This document shows, in pieces, positions 20,659 through 30,471 of a DNA stretch of 64,000 nucleotides (positions are counted from its first letter, which is position 1; each line of letters begins with the position of its first letter). This DNA is from Nitrosopumilus sp. (lineage in GTDB: Archaea; Thermoproteota; Nitrososphaeria; Nitrososphaerales; Nitrosopumilaceae). Where the stretch lies: contig OZ242186.1 of NCBI GenBank assembly GCA_965205675.1, forward strand, positions 1,664,001-1,728,000, read 5' to 3'. Made by a program: the position numbers and the translations under genes. Under the pieces are notes generated by a model. That model was not told where the DNA came from. It saw only the letters and a list, made by a program, of their open reading frames with translations, and ran no database searches.

Positions 20659-21418
20659 TGATACACAGTTAATATTGAATGATTTAGGTAAAAATAGAAA
20701 TTATGACTCTGGAAGCATGGATATGAAAGAGAACCTTCCAAAAGGATGGGTAAAAACAAAGATAGAATTGATTTGTGATCTCATAGGTGGTGGCACTCCT
20801 TCAAGGAAAAATTTAGAATATTTTAAAGACGGTCAAATAATTTGGTTAACACCAACTGAAATCAATAAAGAGAAAATATTAAAAATTAATTCTTCTAAAG
20901 AAAATATTACAGAATTAGGATTAACAAAAAGTTCCGCTAAATTAATACCTAGAAATGCAGTTTTATTAACATCTAGAGCTAGTATAGGATATGTTGCAAT
21001 AGCAGAAACAACAGTTACAACAAATCAAGGGATTTGCTTCATTCATATGCTCTAAAATTATCCATAATTATTTTTTAGCTTATTGGTTAAAGAGTAATAA
21101 AAATGTCTTAGAAGAAAATGCAACAGGAACAACATTTAAGGAAATTCCCAAATCTGTGATCAAAAAACTATCTATTGAAATTCCACCATTTTCTGAACAA
21201 AGAAGAATCGTCTCAAAAATTGAATCAATCTTCACACAGATTGATGCAGCAAAGGTGCAGCTTGAAAAACTTGCATTACAAACAAAGTCTACATCGGGAA
21301 GTTTATCTGCACTAAAGAGCAGTGTGCTAAAACAAGCCTTTGAAGGTAAGCTTGTTCCACAGGATCCCGATGATGAACCAGCAGAAATCTTGTTGAAGAA
21401 AATTCATGGCGATTCAAA
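20607..21418. repeat. ~810-bp inverted repeat, left arm (partner about 26800..27610), covering the hsdS upstream region, TRD1 and central conserved region
   Basis: Near-identical to the reverse complement of about 26800..27610, with a few SNPs and one extra A near 21028. Confidence 0.92.
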
Positions 21419-22064
21419 AGAATTAGTCTTTGAGAAAGAGAATCTTCCAAAGGGATGGATTCATGTTAGAATTAAAGATGTAGTTAATGATTCAAAACAA
21501 GATATTGTAGATGGTCCTTTTGGTTCTAATCTTAAATCATCTGAATATGTAAATAATGGTATTCCTTTAATCAGATTACAAAATATTGAACGAAATTATT
21601 TCATTAATAAAAATACAAAATATATTACAAAAGAAAAAGCTGAACAGTTGAAAAGACATAATTTTATTCAAAACGATATTGTAATAACAAAATTGGGTTT
21701 TCCTGTAGGAAAAGCATGTATTGTACCTCACATCCTAAAAACAGGAATAATTGTTGCAGATATTATAAGAATTAGAATGGATGAAGAATTTGTGTTAAGA
21801 AAATTTCTCATACATATAATAAATTCTGAAATAATCATAAAACAATTTAATGAACATACTAAAGGAACAACAAGACCAAGAGTAAATTTGACCAAATTTC
21901 GTAATTTTCAAATTCTCCTTCCACCACTCTCCGAACAAAAACGCATCGTCTCTAAAATTGAATCAATCTTTGATAGGATTGATGCAAGTATAGTATCTAT
22001 GAGAGATAAAATAATTTATAAAACATATCATTCATTTTCTCAAATTTATGGACATAATATTTGA
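20717..22064 (+). pseudogene. hsdS: type I R-M specificity subunit, silent copy (+1 frameshift near 21028; truncated after RIDA; alternative TRD2)
   Basis: ORFs 20603..21055 and 21156..22064; TRD1 identical to 26106..27542; different TRD2 (DGPFGSNL type). Confidence 0.88.
21932..21987. repeat. 56-bp perfect inverted repeat, inner pair (partner 26285..26340)
   Basis: CGAACAAAAACGCATCGTCTCTAAAATTGAATCAATCTTTGATAGGATTGATGCAA and its reverse complement. Confidence 0.92.
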
Positions 22065-22179
22065 TTTATATTATATTTTTCATTAAATCATCTAAAATAT
22101 TTTTAGGATGTCACAAATATGTTGTATTAATAATGATTTATTTTATAACCATCATAAATCTAAAAATTAGGAGTATAAA

Positions 22180-24546
22180 TTGAGCAACGAAAAGATTTCA
22201 GAATCAACTACTTGTATGCGTTTTATTGATCCAAAATTGAAAGATACTGGATGGGAATTAGATAAAATCGTTCGTGAATATTATATTAATAAAGGAAAAA
22301 TCATTCCAGAGGGTCGTACAGGAAAACGGAATGATCCAAATAAAGCAGATTATATTTTAAAACTAGGACTTGATTTTAAAATTGCAGTGATCGAAGCAAA
22401 GGCATGGGATAAACCTCATGATGAAGGAATGCAACAAGCTTTGATATATGCAGAAAAACTAAACCTACAATTTGCATATGCAACTAATGGACAAAAAATT
22501 GAAGAATATGATGTTACAACAAAACAACAAAGAACAATTGATAAATTCCCAACACCCGAAGAGTTACAAAAAAGATATAACGGACATAAGAATTTTGATG
22601 AAAAACAAATGAATGTTCTGTTGGAACCATTAGATAGAAGCTCAAAAGATCCTGGTGGGTCACCTATGGAACCAAGATATTATCAAGAAATTGCAATCAA
22701 TGCAGCATTAACATCAATCTTTGCAGGAAAGAAACGAATTTTGTTGAATCTTGCAACAGGAACAGGCAAGACCTTCATTGCTTATCAAATTGCACAAAAA
22801 TTATGGAATAAAGATAAACCACATCCAAAAATCTTATTTTTAGCAGATAGAACTATTTTATTGGATCAAGCAAGAAATAATGCATTTGCAAATTTTGGTG
22901 AAGCAAGACATAAAATCCAAAGAGTTGTACAAACTGCATTTGGAATGTATTTTGCATTATATCAAGCACTTGATGTAGAAAAAGAAAACGGTGAATTATA
23001 CAAACAATATCCAACAGATTTTTTTGATTATGTTATAATAGATGAATGTCATCGTGGAAGCTCAAATGAATCTGGGAATTGGAGGAAGATACTGGATCAT
23101 TTTTCTAATGCAATCCACATAGGTATGACTGCAACACCTAAACGAAATGATGAAAGCAAAGATACCTATGATTATTTTGGCACACCTGTATACACGTACA
23201 GCCTTAAACAAGGAATTGAGGATGGCTTTTTAGCACCATACATGATTCATAGAGTAAATCTTGAAATTGATATACAAGGATACAAACCAAAACCAGGTGA
23301 AAAAGATCTTGATGGAAAAATATTGGAAGATAGATTGTATACATACAAAGATTTTGACAGAATTTTAAGAGTAAATGAAAGACGAAAAGCAGTTGCAATG
23401 CATCTGGTAAACTTTTTAGAAAAAAATAATCAAAAATATAATAAAACAATTCTATTTTGCCAGAATTCTGAACATGCACTTGAAATGACTAAATTGATCA
23501 GAAATTATTCTGGAGAAAAACATGATTATTGTGTTAGAATAGTCTCTGCTGAAGGAGAAATAGGTCGTGAACATTTAGATCATTTTCAAGAACCTAATAG
23601 AGATTTTCCAGTTGTTGCAGTAACATCTAGATTGATGTCTACTGGTGTAGATGTACCTACATGTAAAATAATTGCATTAGACAAAAGCATTAACTCTATG
23701 ACCGAATTTAAACAGATAATAGGACGTGGCACACGTGTGTATGAACCGAAGGACAAGATGTGGTTTTCTATTATAGATTATAGGAAAACAACTCGATTAT
23801 TTGAAGATGTAGAATGGGATGGTCCACCTGCTGCTGAAACAGATGAAGATCGAGGAAGAATTACCAGAGAAAAAGAAGACAGGATGAAGGAAAAAGTAAA
23901 AAAGAGAATAGAAGAAGAAAGAAGGAAGATAGAAGAAGGAATATCATCTACATCCAGAGATCCAACAAATATTGAAACTTATCATATTGAAGGACATGAA
24001 GTTAAGATTATAGGTGAATCTGTATTGATATTTGATCAATCAATAGATGGTAACAGATTAATTACTTATCAGAATTATACAAAAGAGACTGTACGTCGTT
24101 TGATTAATGATGATCAAACAGAACTATACAAACTTTGGACGAATCCTGAAAATCGAAAACATTTTGTCGAAAAATTAAAAACTAGAGGAATAAATTTTGA
24201 ACATCTAAGAGAAATTACACAGATGTTTAAAGCAGATGCATTTGATTTGTTACTTCATTTTGCATTTAATGCAGATGCAAAAACTCGTTTAGAAAGAGTA
24301 AATTCTGTGCGTAAAAAACCTTTTTTGGAGAAATATCCAGATAAGGCACGAGAAGTTCTTGAGATAATTTTAGATCATTATGCTGATCATGGATATCAAG
24401 AATTAGAAGAAAGAGATATTTTGAAATTGCCACAATTCAAACAGTTTGGAGGTCCAGTAGAAATTATTAATGATAGATTCAAAGATGGTGATCAATATGA
24501 TGATGCCATAGTACAATTAACAAAAGAATTGTACTTGAATAATTGA
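22180..24546 (+). CDS. hsdR: type I restriction subunit R (EcoAI/EcoEI-like)
   Basis: ADY..IEAK nuclease motif, ATGTGKT, DECHR, MTATP and QIIGRGTR. Confidence 0.93.
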   Translation: MSNEKISESTTCMRFIDPKLKDTGWELDKIVREYYINKGKIIPEGRTGKRNDPNKADYILKLGLDFKIAVIEAKAWDKPHDEGMQQALIYAEKLNLQFAYATNGQKIEEYDVTTKQQRTIDKFPTPEELQKRYNGHKNFDEKQMNVLLEPLDRSSKDPGGSPMEPRYYQEIAINAALTSIFAGKKRILLNLATGTGKTFIAYQIAQKLWNKDKPHPKILFLADRTILLDQARNNAFANFGEARHKIQRVVQTAFGMYFALYQALDVEKENGELYKQYPTDFFDYVIIDECHRGSSNESGNWRKILDHFSNAIHIGMTATPKRNDESKDTYDYFGTPVYTYSLKQGIEDGFLAPYMIHRVNLEIDIQGYKPKPGEKDLDGKILEDRLYTYKDFDRILRVNERRKAVAMHLVNFLEKNNQKYNKTILFCQNSEHALEMTKLIRNYSGEKHDYCVRIVSAEGEIGREHLDHFQEPNRDFPVVAVTSRLMSTGVDVPTCKIIALDKSINSMTEFKQIIGRGTRVYEPKDKMWFSIIDYRKTTRLFEDVEWDGPPAAETDEDRGRITREKEDRMKEKVKKRIEEERRKIEEGISSTSRDPTNIETYHIEGHEVKIIGESVLIFDQSIDGNRLITYQNYTKETVRRLINDDQTELYKLWTNPENRKHFVEKLKTRGINFEHLREITQMFKADAFDLLLHFAFNADAKTRLERVNSVRKKPFLEKYPDKAREVLEIILDHYADHGYQELEERDILKLPQFKQFGGPVEIINDRFKDGDQYDDAIVQLTKELYLNN

Positions 24547-24580
24547 ATCATATTTAATGAGGATATAGGAAATATCACTA

Positions 24581-26059
24581 ATGGATGCACAATCACTTCG
24601 TTCTATAATAAAATCTGCAAGAGATCTAATGAGAAAAGATGCAGGTCTTAATACGGATGTCGATAGAATCCCTCAAATTGCATGGATTTTATTTTTAAAG
24701 AGTTTTGATGATTTTGAAAAAGAAAGAACAGCATTGAATAAAAAATATGTCGAGGCAATTCCCAAAGGATTACGATGGAGAGATTGGGCTGAAGATAAAA
24801 GTAAATCTTTGACAGGTCCGGATCTAATTTCTTTTGTCAATAATGAATTATTTCCTAAACTTGCAAAATTGGTAGGAGGAGAGGGTTTTGAACAAAGAGA
24901 TGTACTTGCATCAATCTTTAAAGAATTAAACAACAGGATATTAAGTGGATATGTTCTTAGACAAATTCTAAATCTGATAGACAAAGTAAATTTTGTAAAT
25001 ACTGATGATATTCACACAATGGCAAAACTCTATGAAGATATGTTAGTAGAAATGAGAGATGCTGCTGGTTCTAATGGCGAATTTTATACACCAAGACCTG
25101 TGATTAGATTTATTGTCAATCAAATTAACCCAAGTCTCAAAAAATCTGAAAAAATATTGGATCCTGCATGTGGCACAGGAGGATTTTTGATAGAATCTCT
25201 AGAATTTCTAAGAAATGAACAAAAGACAAAACATGACTTGAAAAAATTAACAACCAAGACATTATTTGGAATTGAGAAAAAACCAATGCCATATCTATTG
25301 GGGATGATGAATTCATTATTACATGAACTTGACAAACCAAACATTATCAGAACTAATACACTAGCTAAACCATTAAGAGAAATATCTGTAAACAATCAAT
25401 ATGATATCATCATCACAAATCCTCCATTTGGTGGAGAAGAAGAAGAAGGAATATCATCTAATTTACCTGTTGGTTTTCAAACATCAGACACTGCACTTGC
25501 ATTTTTGTTGTATATCATGTATTCATTAAAAGATGGAGGGCGTTGTGGGATTATTCTTCCAGATGGTCCAATGTTTGCAGGAGGAATGGCTGCCAAGATC
25601 AAGAAAAAATTAATTGAAGAATTTAACTTGCATACAATAATTAGACTTCCTAGAACCGTTTTCGAACCATATACAACAATTGCCACAAATATTTTATTTT
25701 TTGATAAAACCACTCCTACCAAAGAAATATGGTATTATCAGATGCATGTAAATGAGCGATTAAGAGGAGTTACCCGTGCAAAAAATCCAAAATATACTAA
25801 ATCAAATCCAATTGCATATGAGGATTTTTCAGAGATTGAAAAATGGTTTAAAAATAAAAAGACAAATAAAAATGCATGGAAAGTAAATATCAAAGATATT
25901 CAAGATTATAATCTTGATTCCAATAACCCAAAAGATGTGACAGAAACAATTGTACTGCCACCAGATGAATTGATAGATTCATTCATCAGTATAAGAAAAG
26001 ATATGATCAAAGCGTTTGAGGATGTAAAGAATATCATATCTAAAGAAATTCCAAAATAA
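24581..26059 (+). CDS. hsdM: type I N6-adenine methyltransferase subunit M
   Basis: GEFYTPR, DPACGTGGFL and NPPF motifs. Confidence 0.95.
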   Translation: MDAQSLRSIIKSARDLMRKDAGLNTDVDRIPQIAWILFLKSFDDFEKERTALNKKYVEAIPKGLRWRDWAEDKSKSLTGPDLISFVNNELFPKLAKLVGGEGFEQRDVLASIFKELNNRILSGYVLRQILNLIDKVNFVNTDDIHTMAKLYEDMLVEMRDAAGSNGEFYTPRPVIRFIVNQINPSLKKSEKILDPACGTGGFLIESLEFLRNEQKTKHDLKKLTTKTLFGIEKKPMPYLLGMMNSLLHELDKPNIIRTNTLAKPLREISVNNQYDIIITNPPFGGEEEEGISSNLPVGFQTSDTALAFLLYIMYSLKDGGRCGIILPDGPMFAGGMAAKIKKKLIEEFNLHTIIRLPRTVFEPYTTIATNILFFDKTTPTKEIWYYQMHVNERLRGVTRAKNPKYTKSNPIAYEDFSEIEKWFKNKKTNKNAWKVNIKDIQDYNLDSNNPKDVTETIVLPPDELIDSFISIRKDMIKAFEDVKNIISKEIPK

Positions 26060-26105
26060 TTATTTATTCAAAAATTACCATCAATTATTTCAGTAGTAAT
26101 TATAT

Positions 26106-27542
26106 TTATGATCTACATTTTTGAGATTTTATTTTTTCTAATAGAATTGATGCGGGTTCATCATTTGGATCTTGTGGAACTAATTTTCCCTCAAAAGCTT
26201 GCTTCAAAATACTACTTTTTATAGCATTTATACTATCGGGTATATTTTTTAATTTAGATTCTAAAATTGTAATCTCTTGTTGTTTTGCATCAATCCTATC
26301 AAAGATTGATTCAATTTTAGAGACGATGCGTTTTTGTTCGTTTAGCGGTGGGAGAGGAATTAAAAATTCAGATATTTTTTTAAAATTAATACGAGGATGT
26401 TGCACTCCAGTCATATTTGCATTTGCATATGTAACAAAATTATTAGTACGTAAAAATAACGATATGAACATATTTGAAAAATTAGTTATATTTTGGAAGA
26501 CCAAAATATCTGTAGAGCATACACCATCAAAGATAGGAATACATACTTTGTTAAGATAAGGACGCAATCTACCATACAAAATATCACCTGATTTGAATAT
26601 TGTTTTTGTACTAGTGAGTTCTTTCGAATCACCTCTGCCAATAATTTTTCCTGTGTTACTTTCAACATGTTCTAATCCAAGAAATATTCTATTTGTATTG
26701 CTAGTTGGATCAAATCTTTCCTTAGAAGGTTCGATCATATGTCCAATTTTTGTTCTGATCCATCCTTTTGGAAGATTATCTTTCTTAAATTTTAATTCCT
26801 TTGAATCGCCATGAATTTTCTTCAACAAGATTTCTGCTGGTTCATCATCGGGATCCTGTGGAACAAGCTTACCTTCAAAGGCTTGTTTTAGCACACTGCT
26901 CTTTAATGCAGATAAACTTCCCGATGTAGACTTTGTTTGTAATGCAAGTTTTTCAAGCTGCACCTTTGCTGCATCAATCTGTGTGAAGATTGATTCAATT
27001 TTTGAGACGATTCTTCTTTGTTCAGAAAATGGTGGAATTTCAATAGATAGTTTTTTGATCACAGATTTGGGAATTTCCTTAAATGTTGTTCCTGTTGCAT
27101 TTTCTTCTAAGACATTTTTATTACTCTTTAACCAATAAGCTAAAAAATAATTATGGATAATTTTAGAGCATATGAATGAAGCAAATCCCTGATTTGTTGT
27201 AACTGTTGTTTCTGCTATTGCAACATATCCTATACTAGCTCTAGATGTTAATAAAACTGCATTTCTAGGTATTAATTTAGCGGAACTTTTTGTTAATCCT
27301 AATTCTGTAATATTTTCTTTAGAAGAATTAATTTTTAATATTTTCTCTTTATTGATTTCAGTTGGTGTTAACCAAATTATTTGACCGTCTTTAAAATATT
27401 CTAAATTTTTCCTTGAAGGAGTGCCACCACCTATGAGATCACAAATCAATTCTATCTTTGTTTTTACCCATCCTTTTGGAAGGTTCTCTTTCATATCCAT
27501 GCTTCCAGAGTCATAATTTCTATTTTTACCTAAATTATTCAA
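26106..27542 (-). CDS. hsdS: type I specificity subunit S, complete copy (start probably at MDMKEN)
   Basis: Two TRDs, each followed by EQ.RIVSKIE...KSS.LKQAFEGKLVPQDP. Confidence 0.93.
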   Translation of the reverse strand: MNNLGKNRNYDSGSMDMKENLPKGWVKTKIELICDLIGGGTPSRKNLEYFKDGQIIWLTPTEINKEKILKINSSKENITELGLTKSSAKLIPRNAVLLTSRASIGYVAIAETTVTTNQGFASFICSKIIHNYFLAYWLKSNKNVLEENATGTTFKEIPKSVIKKLSIEIPPFSEQRRIVSKIESIFTQIDAAKVQLEKLALQTKSTSGSLSALKSSVLKQAFEGKLVPQDPDDEPAEILLKKIHGDSKELKFKKDNLPKGWIRTKIGHMIEPSKERFDPTSNTNRIFLGLEHVESNTGKIIGRGDSKELTSTKTIFKSGDILYGRLRPYLNKVCIPIFDGVCSTDILVFQNITNFSNMFISLFLRTNNFVTYANANMTGVQHPRINFKKISEFLIPLPPLNEQKRIVSKIESIFDRIDAKQQEITILESKLKNIPDSINAIKSSILKQAFEGKLVPQDPNDEPASILLEKIKSQKCRS

Positions 27543-27797
27543 TATTAACTGTGTATCAATGATTAAAGAACAAAAGCAAATTGAATCAATCCTGTCTGGA
27601 GTTGACGCATCACATTATGCACAATTCATAGTCATTACAAGTTTACGTATGAGAGTAACAATACTTTTAATACTTTTTACAAGAGTTTAGGAAAGTTGTA
27701 CATGAATTGGAAATCTAATTCGTAAGGTAGACACAAATTATTTCTCTTTATTTCATATTGTCAGATTTTTATACCAAATACACACAATAAGAAATAC

Positions 27798-28010
27798 ATG
27801 AAATTTAGAATATTCATAAAACAGGATGATGATGGAATATTTGTCTCAGAAGTTCCAGAACTTCCTGGATGTATATCTCAAGGAGATACGAGAGAAGATG
27901 CAGTAATTAACATCAAAGATGCAATTTCAGGGTACATCACAAGTCTAAAAAAACATGATGAACCAATACCTTTCTCAATTGATGAAGAGACTGTAGAGAT
28001 ACATGTCTAA
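27798..28010 (+). CDS. hicB: HicB-family antitoxin (short, no DNA-binding domain)
   Basis: VPELPGCISQGDTREDA..NIKDAI. Confidence 0.9.
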   Translation: MKFRIFIKQDDDGIFVSEVPELPGCISQGDTREDAVINIKDAISGYITSLKKHDEPIPFSIDEETVEIHV

Positions 28011-28227
28011 ACTACCCATTACTTCTGCAAGAGATTTACTCAAGATATTACATAAAATTGGGTATGATGTTGACCATCAAACAGGAAGTCACATAATATT
28101 GAGAAACAAAGATTATCCTCACAGAAGAATAACTGTTCCAAATCATAAAGAAATAGCAAGAGGTACATTACGTTCCATAATAAAACAGTCAGGATTAACT
28201 CTGGAAGAATTTTTGAAAATGTCCTAA
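28003..28227 (+). CDS. hicA: HicA-family mRNase toxin
   Basis: GSH..L, ITVPNH and GTLRSIIKQ. Confidence 0.9.
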   Translation: MSKLPITSARDLLKILHKIGYDVDHQTGSHIILRNKDYPHRRITVPNHKEIARGTLRSIIKQSGLTLEEFLKMS

Positions 28228-28335
28228 GTTGATTTTTTCTTGATATGTGATTTTTCTTATTTGATTTTCTCCAATAGGATCGATGCTGGCTGAGAGTAAC
28301 AATACTTTTAATACTTTTTACAAGAGTTTTACATC

Positions 28336-28551
28336 ATGAGTTTTACAGTACAAAAAAAGACATACACTGTAATCATAACACCTGATGAAATTGACGGTGG
28401 TTTTGTTGGTAGATGTGATGAATTACATGCTTATTCGCAGGGTGAAACATATGGGGAGATCATGGAGAATATGAAAGAAGCAATAGAAGTATCAATAGAG
28501 GATGGGAACATGCATGAATTTAACATGCTCATTGTTCAAAGCCACAAATGA
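28336..28551 (+). CDS. hicB: HicB-family antitoxin 2
   Basis: SQGETYGEIMENMKEAI. Confidence 0.85.
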   Translation: MSFTVQKKTYTVIITPDEIDGGFVGRCDELHAYSQGETYGEIMENMKEAIEVSIEDGNMHEFNMLIVQSHK

Positions 28552-28766
28552 CAAGGATTCTCAAGATTTCAGGTAATGCAATGATAAGATATTGTACCAA
28601 AAAGAGATTCACCATACTTAGACAGAGAGGGAGTCACGTAAGGCTAAGAAAAGAGAGTATGTTTGTAACTGTTCTAGCTGGAAACAACACACTAAAAACT
28701 GGAACACTTTTGGGATTGTTAGAAGAGATTAACATTAATAGAGATGAGTTCATCCAAATGAAATGA
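28548..28766 (+). CDS. hicA: HicA-family toxin 2
   Basis: RQRGSHVRL and LKTGTLLGLL; ATGA overlap with hicB. Confidence 0.82.
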   Translation: MTRILKISGNAMIRYCTKKRFTILRQRGSHVRLRKESMFVTVLAGNNTLKTGTLLGLLEEININRDEFIQMK

Positions 28767-28897
28767 AAATAGACTTGTAAAATAATACAATCTAAAAATT
28801 ATGATTATTACATTTTAGAATTTCAATATGAAAATAAAATAATCCACATTCATAAACACATGTACAGAAATAGCAACATTGTAAAAAGATCACATAC

Positions 28898-29836
28898 TTG
28901 GTAATGACAATAACAAAACAACGAAGCATGGTATTATTTGAAGAGTCAATAAAATCACAATATACTAAAAAGAATTACACATCACACATGAATCAATTTA
29001 TGAAATTTCTAAATATCAATAATATGAATCAGTTACTGTTAATTCCAAAGCCAAACTTGCAGAATTCATTAGAAGATTACCTGATAGAATTAAAACAAAA
29101 CATGAATCCAAATACAATACCATCAAAATTTCAAGGAATAAAGCATTTTTGTGTCATGAATCAAATCGATTTGAACTGGAACATAATACATAAAATGTTT
29201 CCACAAAAACAAAAACCTCAAAATTTAAGATCCTACACCACGCAAGAAGTTGGAGAAATATTATCCAATACAACAAGTCTTAGAAACAAGGCTTTGATTC
29301 ATTTTTTGGCATCAACTGGAGCCAGAATAGGAGTATTTGATCATAAATTATCAATGAATCATATTAAAAAAATGCCTCATGGCTGTAATGCAGTAAAACT
29401 CTATGCAGGGCATGTAGAGGAATATTGGAGTTTTCTTACCCCTCAGGCCTCAAAGGCATTGAATGCTTATCACCAATATCGCAAACAATGCGGTGAAATA
29501 TTTTCTGAAAATGCTCCAGTCTTTGCTACAATGAAAACAGACTGTGGGCAACTTGGATGGAGTGGGGCAAGATCAACGATATACAGAATACTCTCAAAGA
29601 GCGACGTCAAGAGAAACAAGATTGAATATAGATATGATGTGCAGACAGACCACGGATTTAGAAAGAGATTCAACACCATACTCAAGATTAACAATTCTGT
29701 AAACTATAACATTGCAGAAAAGCTGATGGGTCACAAGAACGGCCTTGATGGAGTATATCTGACACCCACTCTAGATGAACTGTTTGTAGAATTTAAAAAA
29801 ATTATAAAGAAACTGGAGACAAGTCCAGAGAAATAA
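28898..29836 (+). CDS. tyrosine recombinase/integrase 2
   Basis: STGARIG, HGFRK, LMGH and GVY catalytic set. Confidence 0.9.
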   Translation: MVMTITKQRSMVLFEESIKSQYTKKNYTSHMNQFMKFLNINNMNQLLLIPKPNLQNSLEDYLIELKQNMNPNTIPSKFQGIKHFCVMNQIDLNWNIIHKMFPQKQKPQNLRSYTTQEVGEILSNTTSLRNKALIHFLASTGARIGVFDHKLSMNHIKKMPHGCNAVKLYAGHVEEYWSFLTPQASKALNAYHQYRKQCGEIFSENAPVFATMKTDCGQLGWSGARSTIYRILSKSDVKRNKIEYRYDVQTDHGFRKRFNTILKINNSVNYNIAEKLMGHKNGLDGVYLTPTLDELFVEFKKIIKKLETSPEK

Positions 29837-30471
29837 CAGAGATAATGACTAGTTAGATTATGATTATTTTTCAACTAGAAAATTTTAATTTAGTTGATAT
29901 CAGAAAATAATAAAACATCTATCAATGTCACTTGCAATATTCAATGTTAGAATACAATAATTTACAACATGTTGAGAATATACGGAGATGAGTTTAGATG
30001 GAAAATGTTGGAAACCCACTAGCTCTTTTTTCCACGCATGAAAAATATCCAATCCCACGCATGGGAAAAGAGTTCAATCCGTCTAAAACACACATTCAAC
30101 GTTTTCCAATGAGTAGAGCAGGTGTTGGAATGACTTTATCTGATTCTGTCAATCATATACAAGCCAACGTTTTACAACGCATGGAATTAATTCATGATCC
30201 AAGATGTTCCAACAAAAAGCTAATCATAGCCAACTGAAAGAAAATTATACTCGCTAACCAATTGAAACAATTCAGCTATAAAGTACAAACAGTTGCAATG
30301 TGTTCTTGATTAATTATGTCATTTTATTTTTAAATCTGAATCCAAAAACGATCAACAAAAACCTTCATTGTACTTTATAATCAATTTGTACAATATAGCA
30401 CAAGTATGACCTGCAATATTGTTTAAAATCATCATTACGCAATCAATAAATTATACTAGTTATACTATCTA

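Larger units (their letters stand above)
27650..28329 (+). repeat. 39-bp direct repeat (27650..27688 and 28291..28329), one copy upstream of each hicBA pair
   Basis: TGAGAGTAACAATACTTTTAATACTTTTTACAAGAGTTT present twice; contains a TATA-like TTTTAATA. Confidence 0.85.

Noticed and set aside
29998-30237. 79-aa ORF after integrase 2
   Set aside because: No motif or support; cannot be called a gene
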